Origin: Polyangiales bacterium
GTDB taxonomy: Bacteria; Myxococcota_A; Polyangia; Polyangiales; Polyangiaceae
NCBI GenBank assembly: GCA_038231275.1
Contig: JBBRLQ010000013.1
Coordinates: 32,001-96,000, forward strand
Length of the DNA: 64,000 bases
Direction of reading: 5' to 3'
The position numbers and the translations under genes were made by a program. The notes under the pieces were generated by a model. The model was not told where the DNA came from, ran no database searches, and worked only from the letters and a program-made list of their open reading frames with translations. Below, piece after piece: positions 37,352 to 45,619 of this stretch. Within the stretch, counting starts at the first letter, position 1. Every line of letters begins with the position of its first letter.

Positions 37352-37388
37352 GTTACAGCGATGCAACACGATGTGACCTGGGGGTTAC
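37352..37388. promoter_or_regulatory. Four GT/CNAC half-sites (11/10/11 bp spacing), candidate OmpR-family site
   Basis: GTTAC 37352, GCAAC 37363, GTGAC 37373, GTTAC 37384 in a divergent promoter region. Confidence 0.4.
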
Positions 37389-37524
37389 CGCCCAACAGAG
37401 TGGGGGGCTTCCACCCCGACCCCAGGCAACTCCTTGCCTCCTCCTCTTGAGGGTCTGCGCATCGCCGCGAAGAAAGGTCGATCTTTTGCGATCCTGGGTC
37501 TGCTCGACGAGGCATCGGGGCGAT

Positions 37525-37540
37525 GGGCCGGCATCTTGCA
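37525..37540 (+). promoter_or_regulatory. Candidate sigma54 promoter for the globin gene
   Basis: GGGCCGG-CATC-TTGCA, GG-N10-GC spacing. Confidence 0.35.
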
Positions 37541-37606
37541 CAACGGGACGTCGTCGCGGTGCACGGGCTGCGTGTTGGGCTCGCAGTCAAAAGGAGAGGT
37601 CGGAAG

Positions 37607-38329
37607 ATGACTACAAGGCGCGCGGGTTGGGCCATCGTGTTTGGAGCGGCCGTTGCGGCCACGGGCCTCATGCTCGCCTGCAGCTCGAACGACGAGACCG
37701 TCGCCGGCAAGGTGAACCCCGCGGGTCCGGGCAGCGATCAAGACGCAACGACCGGCGACGCCGCGCTTCAACCCGACACGCTCCTCCCGCCCGGCGCGCC
37801 TCTCTGCACGAAGTATCCGAACGGCCCCGCACTGGTCACGAAGATCACCGCGGACCTGCTCGACTCGCTCAACGCCGACTGCCGCGTTTCGGCCTATTTT
37901 ACCGCGCCCAAGAGCGGCGCCGCGCACCTGTCGCAGTGCCTCCAGAGCCAGATCTCGACCTTCTTCCAGTGCCCGGGCGCGACGTACAGCGTCGACCAGG
38001 CCGGCAAGACGTGCCGCACCATGGGAGACGCGCACAAGGGAATGAACCTTCGCTCGGCGGACTTCGACGCGTTCATTACGAACCTCGTCGCGGTGCTGAA
38101 GAAGAACGGGATCTCGAGCGACGACATCACCGCGGTGCTGCCGACGTTCACCGGCACCAAGGTCGCGATCGTCCCGAACCCCAAGGAGCTCGGAAACTCG
38201 ATGTGCTCCTGCCCGAACGACGTCACGCCAGACGGCGGATACTGCGGGCTCGACGCCGGAATCGACGCGGGAGACGCGGGAGACGGCGGTGACTCCGGCG
38301 CCATCGACGCCTCGGATGACGGCGGCTGA
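37607..38329 (+). CDS. Group I truncated haemoglobin lipoprotein
   Basis: Lipobox MLAC; AD.R...YF, M..AHKGM.L...DFDAF...L...L...GI 2/2 globin signature. Confidence 0.8.
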   Translation: MTTRRAGWAIVFGAAVAATGLMLACSSNDETVAGKVNPAGPGSDQDATTGDAALQPDTLLPPGAPLCTKYPNGPALVTKITADLLDSLNADCRVSAYFTAPKSGAAHLSQCLQSQISTFFQCPGATYSVDQAGKTCRTMGDAHKGMNLRSADFDAFITNLVAVLKKNGISSDDITAVLPTFTGTKVAIVPNPKELGNSMCSCPNDVTPDGGYCGLDAGIDAGDAGDGGDSGAIDASDDGG

Positions 38330-38348
38330 TCCCACCGCGGGAGACGCG

Positions 38349-39050
38349 ATGACGAAGCCTGCGAGCCGCGCGGTCCGCGTCGCGAAGCGGGCCGCGATCG
38401 CGGCGTGTGCGATCGTCGCAGTGACGGGATTGCTCCATACGCGCGCCGCGCGCCCGCTCCTCGCGCGGCTCTCCGGGGGAGGTGCGGCCGGGTGCCCGGT
38501 GCTCGTGGGCGCTTCCCCCCAGGCCCTCGAGGAGCATCGCGCGGCGGCGGTGAAGCCACTGGCGGCGGGCGAGCGCGCACCGACTCGCGCGGCGCTCGCC
38601 TTCACGCTGACCACCACGACGCGTGCGGATGTGGGGGCATGGACGGCGAGCCATGCGCTCGAGTGCAAAGACGACGTCGCGGGGACCGCGCTGCGCTGCA
38701 AGGACGTGGATCCGAAGACGCTCGACGATGGCCAAGTCCCCATCGATGACCTGTTTTTCCTGTTCGATCCGGCAGGGAAGCTCGTCGCCGTGGACGTGAT
38801 GCATCGCGGGGCGAGCGCCGACGAGGCCTCGCGGCTCCTGGACGACGCGTCGTCGCGGCTCCAGCGCGTCTTGAATTCGCCGCCGACGTCCACGAGCGGC
38901 GACCGCACCAGCACCTACCTCACCTCTGCCCCCCTGGCGCAGAGCGCGATCGAGTACCGGTTCCGCGATCTCGCGGTCGACGTCAACGCGACCAACTTCG
39001 GCGAGCGCGGGATCATCGTGCGCGAGCAGTACCGCGCCATCCCGGACTGA
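38349..39050 (+). CDS. Hypothetical exported protein
   Basis: N-terminal hydrophobic segment, GCPV, downstream of the globin gene on the same strand. Confidence 0.7.
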   Translation: MTKPASRAVRVAKRAAIAACAIVAVTGLLHTRAARPLLARLSGGGAAGCPVLVGASPQALEEHRAAAVKPLAAGERAPTRAALAFTLTTTTRADVGAWTASHALECKDDVAGTALRCKDVDPKTLDDGQVPIDDLFFLFDPAGKLVAVDVMHRGASADEASRLLDDASSRLQRVLNSPPTSTSGDRTSTYLTSAPLAQSAIEYRFRDLAVDVNATNFGERGIIVREQYRAIPD

Positions 39051-39195
39051 CCGCGCAGCCCGACGCTCGAGCCGACGCAGGCGACGCCCCCCAGGGCGCG
39101 GCAACGAGCCCCCAAACCACGGGTGGGACGGCGTCGTAGAGGGGCCCACGAATCGAGTTTTCCCGGGCAAAGGGTGGCAAGAAATTGCCCGCGCG

Positions 39196-39211
39196 TGGCG
39201 TGCCGCGTGCA
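39196..39211 (+). promoter_or_regulatory. Candidate sigma54 promoter
   Basis: TGGCGTG-CCGC-GTGCA, GG-N10-GC, 64 bp before ATG 39275. Confidence 0.4.
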
Positions 39212-39274
39212 ATGCTTCTTCTCGGAGGTTCTCTGCCCGTGAAGAAGCCCGATACTGGTAACGGCGTCATCGTG

Positions 39275-40606
39275 ATGAAGAAGCTCACCACGCGAGGCCT
39301 GCAGGCGCTCGCCGGCGGCCCGAGCCGTCTACGGAGCTCGAAGCCGTCACCGTTCGGAGCGCAGCCTTCGAAGAGCGCGCAGAGCCCCGAGGTCGAGAAG
39401 ATGCGTCCGCCGGTCGACTCGCTCAACGAGGTGACCCTTCCGCGTGAGACGGCGGTGAAGCCGATCGCGCTCGCGAGCGACGAGGAGATCGATCACGCGA
39501 CGCTTCTCGTCGAGCAGGCGCAGCCGAAGCTTCGCGACGAGGACATCGAGACGTTGATGCAGTCGAACCCGCTCTCGTCGCCGCGCCCGGCCGCCGGTCT
39601 TGCGGCGCGTGAGGACGAACGCGTCGAGCGCGTCGAGCGGACCGCGCTCCTCGTGGCGCCTCCCCCGTCGGCGGCGATGCCGTCGCCGCTTGGTGAGCCG
39701 GAGCCGCCGAAGCCGCAGATGACGCTCCGTACGCCGCCGACCCTCATCCACGCGCAGAACGCGATCCCTGACGAGATCCGGCAGCTCGCGATCAAGGCAC
39801 TCGCCGATCAGAAGGCCGCCGCGGCGGCTCCTCCGCCACCCGCCGCTCCCTTGTCCCAGCCGATGCAAGCCAAGACGGCCGTGACGCCGGTGCCGCAAAA
39901 ACCGCAGCCGGGAGCGCCTGCGCTCGTGAAGGGCGGCGGCAAAGTGCAGATCGTGGTGCGCGAGACGAAGCGCCGCACAGCGGTCGGGTGGACGGCAATG
40001 CTGCTCGCGCTCGGCGTGTTCGTCGGCTTGTCGACGGTCGCCGTGATCCACGGCGACGCGAGGCACGCGTGGGACGCGGCGAAGAACTATGCGTCGCCGA
40101 AGCCGGCCGAGCCGGTCATCGCGGCAGCGCCTGCGGTTCAAGCGCCGGGGATGGATCCCGTCGCCGTCGCGCCCGCTCCCGTTCCTCCGCCCATTGCCGC
40201 TCCGGCGCCCGCCGCCGATCCGATCGCCGCGAACACCGACCTGAAGGTCGCCGACAACAAGCCGAGCGACGTGAAGGACGACGCAAAGGCGTCGCCGAAG
40301 CCCGAGCCGAAGCCCGAGGTCACGAAACCCGATCCCGCGCCTCGCCCGCAGCAGAGGCCGTCGAACGCCTACGCGAGCGCGCCGTCGCGCTTCGCGGCCG
40401 CAAAGCCGGAGCCCAAGCCCGAGCCGATGTTCGTCGCCGCGAAGCCCGAGCCGAAGCCGAAGCCCGAGCCCGTCGCCGCCGCGATCAAGCCGAAGCCCGA
40501 GAAAGATCCGGCGCCGGCCCCGACGCCCGCTGCGAAGCCCAAGGACGACGACGTCGCGAAGATCTCCCAAATGGCGCAGCAGCAACTCGGCGCCGCTTTG
40601 CCCTAG
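39275..40606 (+). CDS. Pro/Ala/Lys-rich single-pass membrane protein
   Basis: One TM helix (WTAMLLALGVFVGL), KPEPKPEP repeats; start uncertain. Confidence 0.75.
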   Translation: MKKLTTRGLQALAGGPSRLRSSKPSPFGAQPSKSAQSPEVEKMRPPVDSLNEVTLPRETAVKPIALASDEEIDHATLLVEQAQPKLRDEDIETLMQSNPLSSPRPAAGLAAREDERVERVERTALLVAPPPSAAMPSPLGEPEPPKPQMTLRTPPTLIHAQNAIPDEIRQLAIKALADQKAAAAAPPPPAAPLSQPMQAKTAVTPVPQKPQPGAPALVKGGGKVQIVVRETKRRTAVGWTAMLLALGVFVGLSTVAVIHGDARHAWDAAKNYASPKPAEPVIAAAPAVQAPGMDPVAVAPAPVPPPIAAPAPAADPIAANTDLKVADNKPSDVKDDAKASPKPEPKPEVTKPDPAPRPQQRPSNAYASAPSRFAAAKPEPKPEPMFVAAKPEPKPKPEPVAAAIKPKPEKDPAPAPTPAAKPKDDDVAKISQMAQQQLGAALP

Positions 40607-40638
40607 GCGCTGCGCGCCTTCGGGAAAAGCATCTTTGA

Positions 40639-40909
40639 CTAGTGGGGCTTGCGCCCCCTCGCGCGTGAAGAACACGCGCGAGCCTCCCCGCATCGCCGAG
40701 GAACGGCGAAGTCGCGCGATGCGCGCGACGGCGTACCCAGACGTCGGCGCCCTAGTTGCGCTCTTCGCAGAGAAAGATGCGCCCGCTGTTCTGCTCTTCG
40801 CGAGATGACCTTCCGCGATGCCGTCGCGCGGTCGCGCGACTTCGCCGTTCCTCAGCGAGGCGGGGAGGCTCAAAACGCTCCGCGTTTTGAGGGGCGGCAA
40901 GCCCACTAG
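40639..40909. repeat. Branched palindromic (MITE/REPIN-like) element B
   Basis: CTAGTGGGGCTTGCGCCCC ... GGGGCGGCAAGCCCACTAG termini, four internal hairpins, scaffold shared with 32393-32629. Confidence 0.85.
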
Positions 40910-40922
40910 CTGAAAACGCAGT

Positions 40923-40965
40923 TGAAGCTCCGGCGGATTGACTCAGTCAATCCGCCGGAGCTTCA
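40923..40965 (-). terminator. Perfect 21-bp inverted repeat covering the 3' end of the cfa-like gene
   Basis: TGAAGCTCCGGCGGATTGACT-C-AGTCAATCCGCCGGAGCTTCA. Confidence 0.6.
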
Positions 40966-41803
40966 TCTGCACGTCGCTCGACCAGTGCGCGGCGAAGGCG
41001 CGGACGCACGTGGAGAGGTAGCGATCGTAGTCGTCGAAGACTTGGTCGCCGTAGGTCGCACGGATGTCCTTCTCATGGAGCTTCATGCGGCGCAGCCACT
41101 CGGCGGTCGTCTTGCCGTAGTGCTCGCGGCGGGTGTGAAGCTCGACGATCTCCCAGCGTGGGCTGACGGCGGTGACGAGCTCCTCGAGGCGCGGGTTGAG
41201 GCCGCCCGGGAAGATGACGTCGGCGGTGAAGCGGAGATCCTCGAGGTCCTTCCGGTTGCGCGGCATGCGGTTCCGGAGGATGGCCTGGAAGCCGAAGCAG
41301 TCGCCCGGCTTCACGAACGTGGCGCACTTCTCGAAGTAGCCGCGATAGATCTGAACGGCGAGACCCTCGGCCGCCTGCTTCGGCGAGCACAGGTGGTCGA
41401 TCATCTCGATGGAGATGAGGGCGTCGTATTGCTCCTCGCCTTGCTCCTTCGGCGAGAAGTCGGCGTAGTCCATGCACCACACCTTCACGCCCTGAAGATT
41501 GCGGGCCATGATCTCTGCGTGCTGCGCGGTCGAGAGCGTGATGCCGTGCGCCGCCTTGGCGCCGCGCTTGGCGACGTACTCGAGGTTCGCGCCCCAGCCG
41601 CATCCAATGTCGAGCACGCGCTTGGTCTTGTCGACCTCGGCGAAGTCGTAGAGGATCCGGCTCTTGTTCTCCTGCGCGGTCTCGAGCGTGTCGCCGTCAC
41701 GGAAGACGGCGCACGTGTAGTGCATGCGCTCGTCGAGCCAGAGGCGGAAGAACTCGTTCGCGACGTCGTAGGAGACCTCGATTTGATCCTTTGTGCTGGT
41801 CAT
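40943..41803 (-). CDS. Cyclopropane-fatty-acid synthase/mycolic-acid methyltransferase family protein
   Basis: YD..NEFF.LWLD..M.YTCA, LE.AQ..K, LDIGCGWG, GITLS..Q, SIEM..H, IFPGG, HY..T...W. Confidence 0.88.
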   Translation of the reverse strand: MTSTKDQIEVSYDVANEFFRLWLDERMHYTCAVFRDGDTLETAQENKSRILYDFAEVDKTKRVLDIGCGWGANLEYVAKRGAKAAHGITLSTAQHAEIMARNLQGVKVWCMDYADFSPKEQGEEQYDALISIEMIDHLCSPKQAAEGLAVQIYRGYFEKCATFVKPGDCFGFQAILRNRMPRNRKDLEDLRFTADVIFPGGLNPRLEELVTAVSPRWEIVELHTRREHYGKTTAEWLRRMKLHEKDIRATYGDQVFDDYDRYLSTCVRAFAAHWSSDVQMKLRRID

Positions 41804-41837
41804 GACGGCGCTGGTATGCCACGAAATACTCTGGTCG

Positions 41838-43169
41838 TCACGGGGTGACGGTGAACGTCGCCGCCGCGCCCGCCGCGCCCGCGGGGATGGTGCCGCCGTA
41901 GACGAGGACGAGCTGATTGTTGGAGCCGTCGTGGAAGCCGTACGCGAGCGCCGTCTTGGGGGACGTGTTCGACGCGACCGTCGTGCCGCCGAGCATGAAC
42001 GTCCACGTCGCGCTGTTCCACCCGTCGAGCACGAACACAGAGGCGAAGCGCGACGCGGCGGTCTTCATCACCCAACTAACCGGCGAGGTCCCGGCGGGCG
42101 TGGTGAGGTACCAGGCGAGCTCCCCGTCGTCGAAATTCGCGGCGGTGGCGCCGGTGAGGGCGCCGATCCCCTGATCGAAGTAGTCCGCGGCGCGATCGCC
42201 GAGCCCCTGCGCGCTGAGCCCGCCCGGCCACACCATGAGCTCGCCGTTGCGCGCGAACATCGCGCCCGCCGCGACGCTGGTGTTTTGGACCAACCAGAAG
42301 TGATCCGTCGAGAAGTCCGAGCCGCCGTTCGTCTCGCCCGAGCCGTTCATGAGCAGCGCGTTCGGCCCGGGCGGCGGGCCGTCTACACGCGAGTACGCCT
42401 CGGTGCTCCCGCTGATGGCGGAGATGGCCCAGTTGACGTTGGTGGCCGGTGTACTGTGCATGTATTCGACGTTGTCGATCGGCACCGCCGCGGCGTTCGA
42501 GTTGTTCGCCTGGTACTTCAGCCCGACGCGGCCGCTCGGGTAGATGGTGTGGGCGGCGGTGACGTTGAGCTTCTGCGCGCCAGTGCCGAGATCGAACTTC
42601 GAGATCACCTGAACGCGGGCCGGCGTTTGGTCGATGATCTGCGCGCTGGACGGGCTCGCCTCGCGGCTCAAGTAGAAGACGCCGCCGATCTGGATCTGAA
42701 ATGGCTCGAGGAGCAAGTTGGCGCTGCAGCCACCATCGTAGCGGCACGAGAGGTTCGCGCTCGTCGTGCCGATGTCGACCCACTCGGTGAGGAGCCACGC
42801 CGACTCGCTGCCGAACGACAGCCGAAACCGACCGGTCGCCTCGACGGAGATCGGCGACGCGGCGGGCGAGCCGGTCACGACGAGATCCACCGCGGAGGCG
42901 ACGACGTCCGGCGAGGCGTCGCTCGCAGCGTCGGGGAGGTGCGCGTCGGTCGTGGAGCCGTCCGGCGGCGGCGAGGACGTGTCCGATGTGAGCGTGTCGC
43001 CCACCACGTCGGTCAAGCTCGCATCGTTTGGTTGCGCGCCGTCGGGTCCGACGGCGCCGTCGCCGAGCCCGTTGGTGTCGAGAAACAGCGAGCAGGCGAA
43101 CGCCGACGCGGCGAAAAGTCCGCATGAATAGGCCATCACGAATGGGTGGTGCCCCCGACGCTTCCCCAT
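41838..43169 (-). CDS. Hypothetical lipoprotein, beta-rich
   Basis: AFAC-SL lipobox, D-A-S/G linker, beta-rich body; start 43169 or 43136. Confidence 0.75.
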   Translation of the reverse strand: MGKRRGHHPFVMAYSCGLFAASAFACSLFLDTNGLGDGAVGPDGAQPNDASLTDVVGDTLTSDTSSPPPDGSTTDAHLPDAASDASPDVVASAVDLVVTGSPAASPISVEATGRFRLSFGSESAWLLTEWVDIGTTSANLSCRYDGGCSANLLLEPFQIQIGGVFYLSREASPSSAQIIDQTPARVQVISKFDLGTGAQKLNVTAAHTIYPSGRVGLKYQANNSNAAAVPIDNVEYMHSTPATNVNWAISAISGSTEAYSRVDGPPPGPNALLMNGSGETNGGSDFSTDHFWLVQNTSVAAGAMFARNGELMVWPGGLSAQGLGDRAADYFDQGIGALTGATAANFDDGELAWYLTTPAGTSPVSWVMKTAASRFASVFVLDGWNSATWTFMLGGTTVASNTSPKTALAYGFHDGSNNQLVLVYGGTIPAGAAGAAATFTVTP

Positions 43170-43217
43170 GAACTCGTCACTGTACCGCGATTTGGGCGCG
43201 GGCTACTCTGGGGAACG

Positions 43218-44735
43218 ATGGGCGAGCTTGGCTCCCTCTCCGCCACGCGCATCCTAGGCCGCTACGCGCTCTACGACGAGATCGCGGCGGGCGGCATGGC
43301 AACGGTCCATCTGGGGCGGCTCATCGGCCCCGTCGGCTTCTCTCGCACAGTCGCCATCAAGCGACTTCACGCGCAGTATGCGAAGGATCCGGAGTTCGTC
43401 GCGATGTTCCTCGACGAAGGGCGCCTCGCTGCCCGCATTCGGCATCCAAACGTCGTCCCGACTCTCGATGTCGTAGCGCTCGACAAAGAGCTGTTCCTCG
43501 TCATGGAGTACGTGCAGGGTGAGTCGCTCTCGCGGCTCTTTCGCGCCGCGGCGAACAAGGGAGCGCCGATCCCCCGCAACATTGCCGTCACCGTGATGGC
43601 GGGCGTGCTCCACGGCCTCCACGCCGCGCACGAGGCGAAGACGGAGCAGGGCTCGGCGCTCGCGATCGTTCACCGCGACGTGTCGCCGCAGAACGTGCTC
43701 GTGGGCATCGACGGCGTCGCCCGCGTGCTCGATTTCGGTGTCGCCAAGGCGACCGAGCGCATGCAGACGACGCAGGACGGGCGCATCAAGGGAAAAATTT
43801 CCTACATGGCGCCCGAGCAGCTGATGAGCGACGCGGTCGATCGACGCGCCGACGTGTACGCCGCAGCGGTCGTGCTTTGGGAGCTGCTCGCGGGCAAGCG
43901 CTTGTTCGAGGGCTCGAACGACGCGCGCGTGCTGGCCAAGGTGCTCGGCGAGCCGCCCCAGCCGCCGAGCAGCGTCGAACCCTCGGTGCCGAAGGACGTC
44001 GACCGTATCGTGATGCGCGGGCTCTCGCGCGATCGAGCGCTCCGCTTTCAAACGGCGCGCGAGATGGCGGTGGCGCTCGAGAACGTAGGCGCGCTCGCGC
44101 CCGCGTCGGCGATCGGCGAGTGGGTCGAGTCGATCGCGCACGACGCGCTCGTGAAGCGGGCGAGCCGCGTGAGCGAGATCGAGAGCCGTTCGGACATCCA
44201 CGCTGCGATCGTCCCGGCGCCGCCGGTGAGCGGGCCGGTGCCGAGATCTCACGCCGGCGCGGAGGAGAGCGCTGCGCCGGCGAGCGGTACGAGCCCGAGC
44301 CAGGCGCCGACGAGCGTCTCGTCGCGAAGGATCGCGCCGACGCTGCCGGAAGAGATGGTGAGCGTCGACGCCGAGCCGCCCGAGCCGGCGCCGGTGCCGA
44401 AGCGGCGTGGCCGCGTGGTGCTCGGGCTCGCCGTGGCGGTGGCCGCAGTCGGCGCCATTGCCTTTTTCGCGCGCGGACGAGCGACGACCGCGACCGCGAC
44501 CACGAGCACGATCGCGACCACGACCACGACCACGACCCCGACCCCGAGCCCGACCGCGACCGCAGAGCCGGTGACCATCGCGACCACGACCTCGAAGAAG
44601 CCCATGGCGCATCCGCCGGCGAAGGCGCCGTCGCCCGCTGCGAGGCCGCCGAAAACGCCGGCGGATTCCTGCGATCCTCCGTACACGATCGACACGGATG
44701 GAATTCGCCACGCGAAGCCGGAGTGCCTAAAATGA
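43218..44735 (+). CDS. Transmembrane Ser/Thr protein kinase
   Basis: GGMATV, VAIK, HRDVSPQN, DFG, YMAPE, D.YA; TM; C-terminal C.PPY..D..GI...K.ECL. Confidence 0.95.
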   Translation: MGELGSLSATRILGRYALYDEIAAGGMATVHLGRLIGPVGFSRTVAIKRLHAQYAKDPEFVAMFLDEGRLAARIRHPNVVPTLDVVALDKELFLVMEYVQGESLSRLFRAAANKGAPIPRNIAVTVMAGVLHGLHAAHEAKTEQGSALAIVHRDVSPQNVLVGIDGVARVLDFGVAKATERMQTTQDGRIKGKISYMAPEQLMSDAVDRRADVYAAAVVLWELLAGKRLFEGSNDARVLAKVLGEPPQPPSSVEPSVPKDVDRIVMRGLSRDRALRFQTAREMAVALENVGALAPASAIGEWVESIAHDALVKRASRVSEIESRSDIHAAIVPAPPVSGPVPRSHAGAEESAAPASGTSPSQAPTSVSSRRIAPTLPEEMVSVDAEPPEPAPVPKRRGRVVLGLAVAVAAVGAIAFFARGRATTATATTSTIATTTTTTTPTPSPTATAEPVTIATTTSKKPMAHPPAKAPSPAARPPKTPADSCDPPYTIDTDGIRHAKPECLK

Positions 44736-45547
44736 GCACGATCACACGCCCCGCCGTTGCTTCGCTGTTCGCGCTGCAACTCGCGATCGCCCCGAGCGTG
44801 GCTTCTGCCGTGGACGTGCTTGCACGGTGCTCGGCGACCTACTCAGAGTCGCAGGTCGAGAAGAAAGCCGCGCACCTCCTCAAGGCGCGCGAGAAGCTCG
44901 TCGTGTGCGCGCAGCCCACATGCCCATCGTTCATCACCGCGGACTGCACGCAGTGGCTCGCCGAGGTCGACGCGCGCATGCCGCAGGTCGCGTTCGTCGC
45001 TCGCGATCGCAGCGGACGCGACAAGGTCGACGTGACCGTGGCGATGGACGGGCAGGAGATCTTGCACGAGCTCAGCGGCAAGGCGGTTGCCGTCGACCCC
45101 GGCGCGCACACCTTCACGTTCACGACGAGCGGCGCGCCATCTGTCAGCGAGCAGACGATCATCGCGGAGGGCGAGAAGAGCCGCGTCATCACCGTCACCA
45201 TCGGCGGCGAGGCGCCGGCCAGCGCGGGCAAGTCGGCCGTCGTCGCCCCGCGGACGCGCCGCGCCTCCGCCGTCCCCGCCATCGTCGTGGGCGCCGCCGG
45301 GATCGTCGTGCTCGGCGCGTCGGCGTTCTTTGGATTCTCCGCCAAGAGCGACGTCGACCACATGAAGTCCACATGCGCGCCCACCTGCCCGAGCGGCGAC
45401 ATCCACTCGGCAGACGCGAAGATCCTCGTCTCCGACGTCACCCTCGCGGTCGGAGTCGTTGCTATCGGCATCGCCGCGTGGCTCTTCTTCTCGCGGGGCG
45501 AGGTCGAAGATACGAGCGCGCGCGTCCCGGGCCTCGTGCGCTTCTGA
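44732..45547 (+). CDS. TPR/PEGA-like exported membrane protein coupled to the kinase
   Basis: ATGA overlap; signal peptide, C....CP....DC..W, VDPG.H, two C-terminal hydrophobic helices flanking CAP.C. Confidence 0.8.
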   Translation: MSTITRPAVASLFALQLAIAPSVASAVDVLARCSATYSESQVEKKAAHLLKAREKLVVCAQPTCPSFITADCTQWLAEVDARMPQVAFVARDRSGRDKVDVTVAMDGQEILHELSGKAVAVDPGAHTFTFTTSGAPSVSEQTIIAEGEKSRVITVTIGGEAPASAGKSAVVAPRTRRASAVPAIVVGAAGIVVLGASAFFGFSAKSDVDHMKSTCAPTCPSGDIHSADAKILVSDVTLAVGVVAIGIAAWLFFSRGEVEDTSARVPGLVRF

Positions 45548-45619
45548 CCGGCCGCGACCCGGTCTCCGTCCGTTCGACGGTCACGACGACGTTGTCGATG
45601 ACGACGTCCAGCCCTCGGT

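Noticed and set aside
37373..37430. Possible structured RNA or riboswitch (CCTGGGG...CCCCAGG stem) in the divergent region before the globin gene
   Set aside because: Single GC-rich stem, no recognisable riboswitch or tRNA consensus, no second copy
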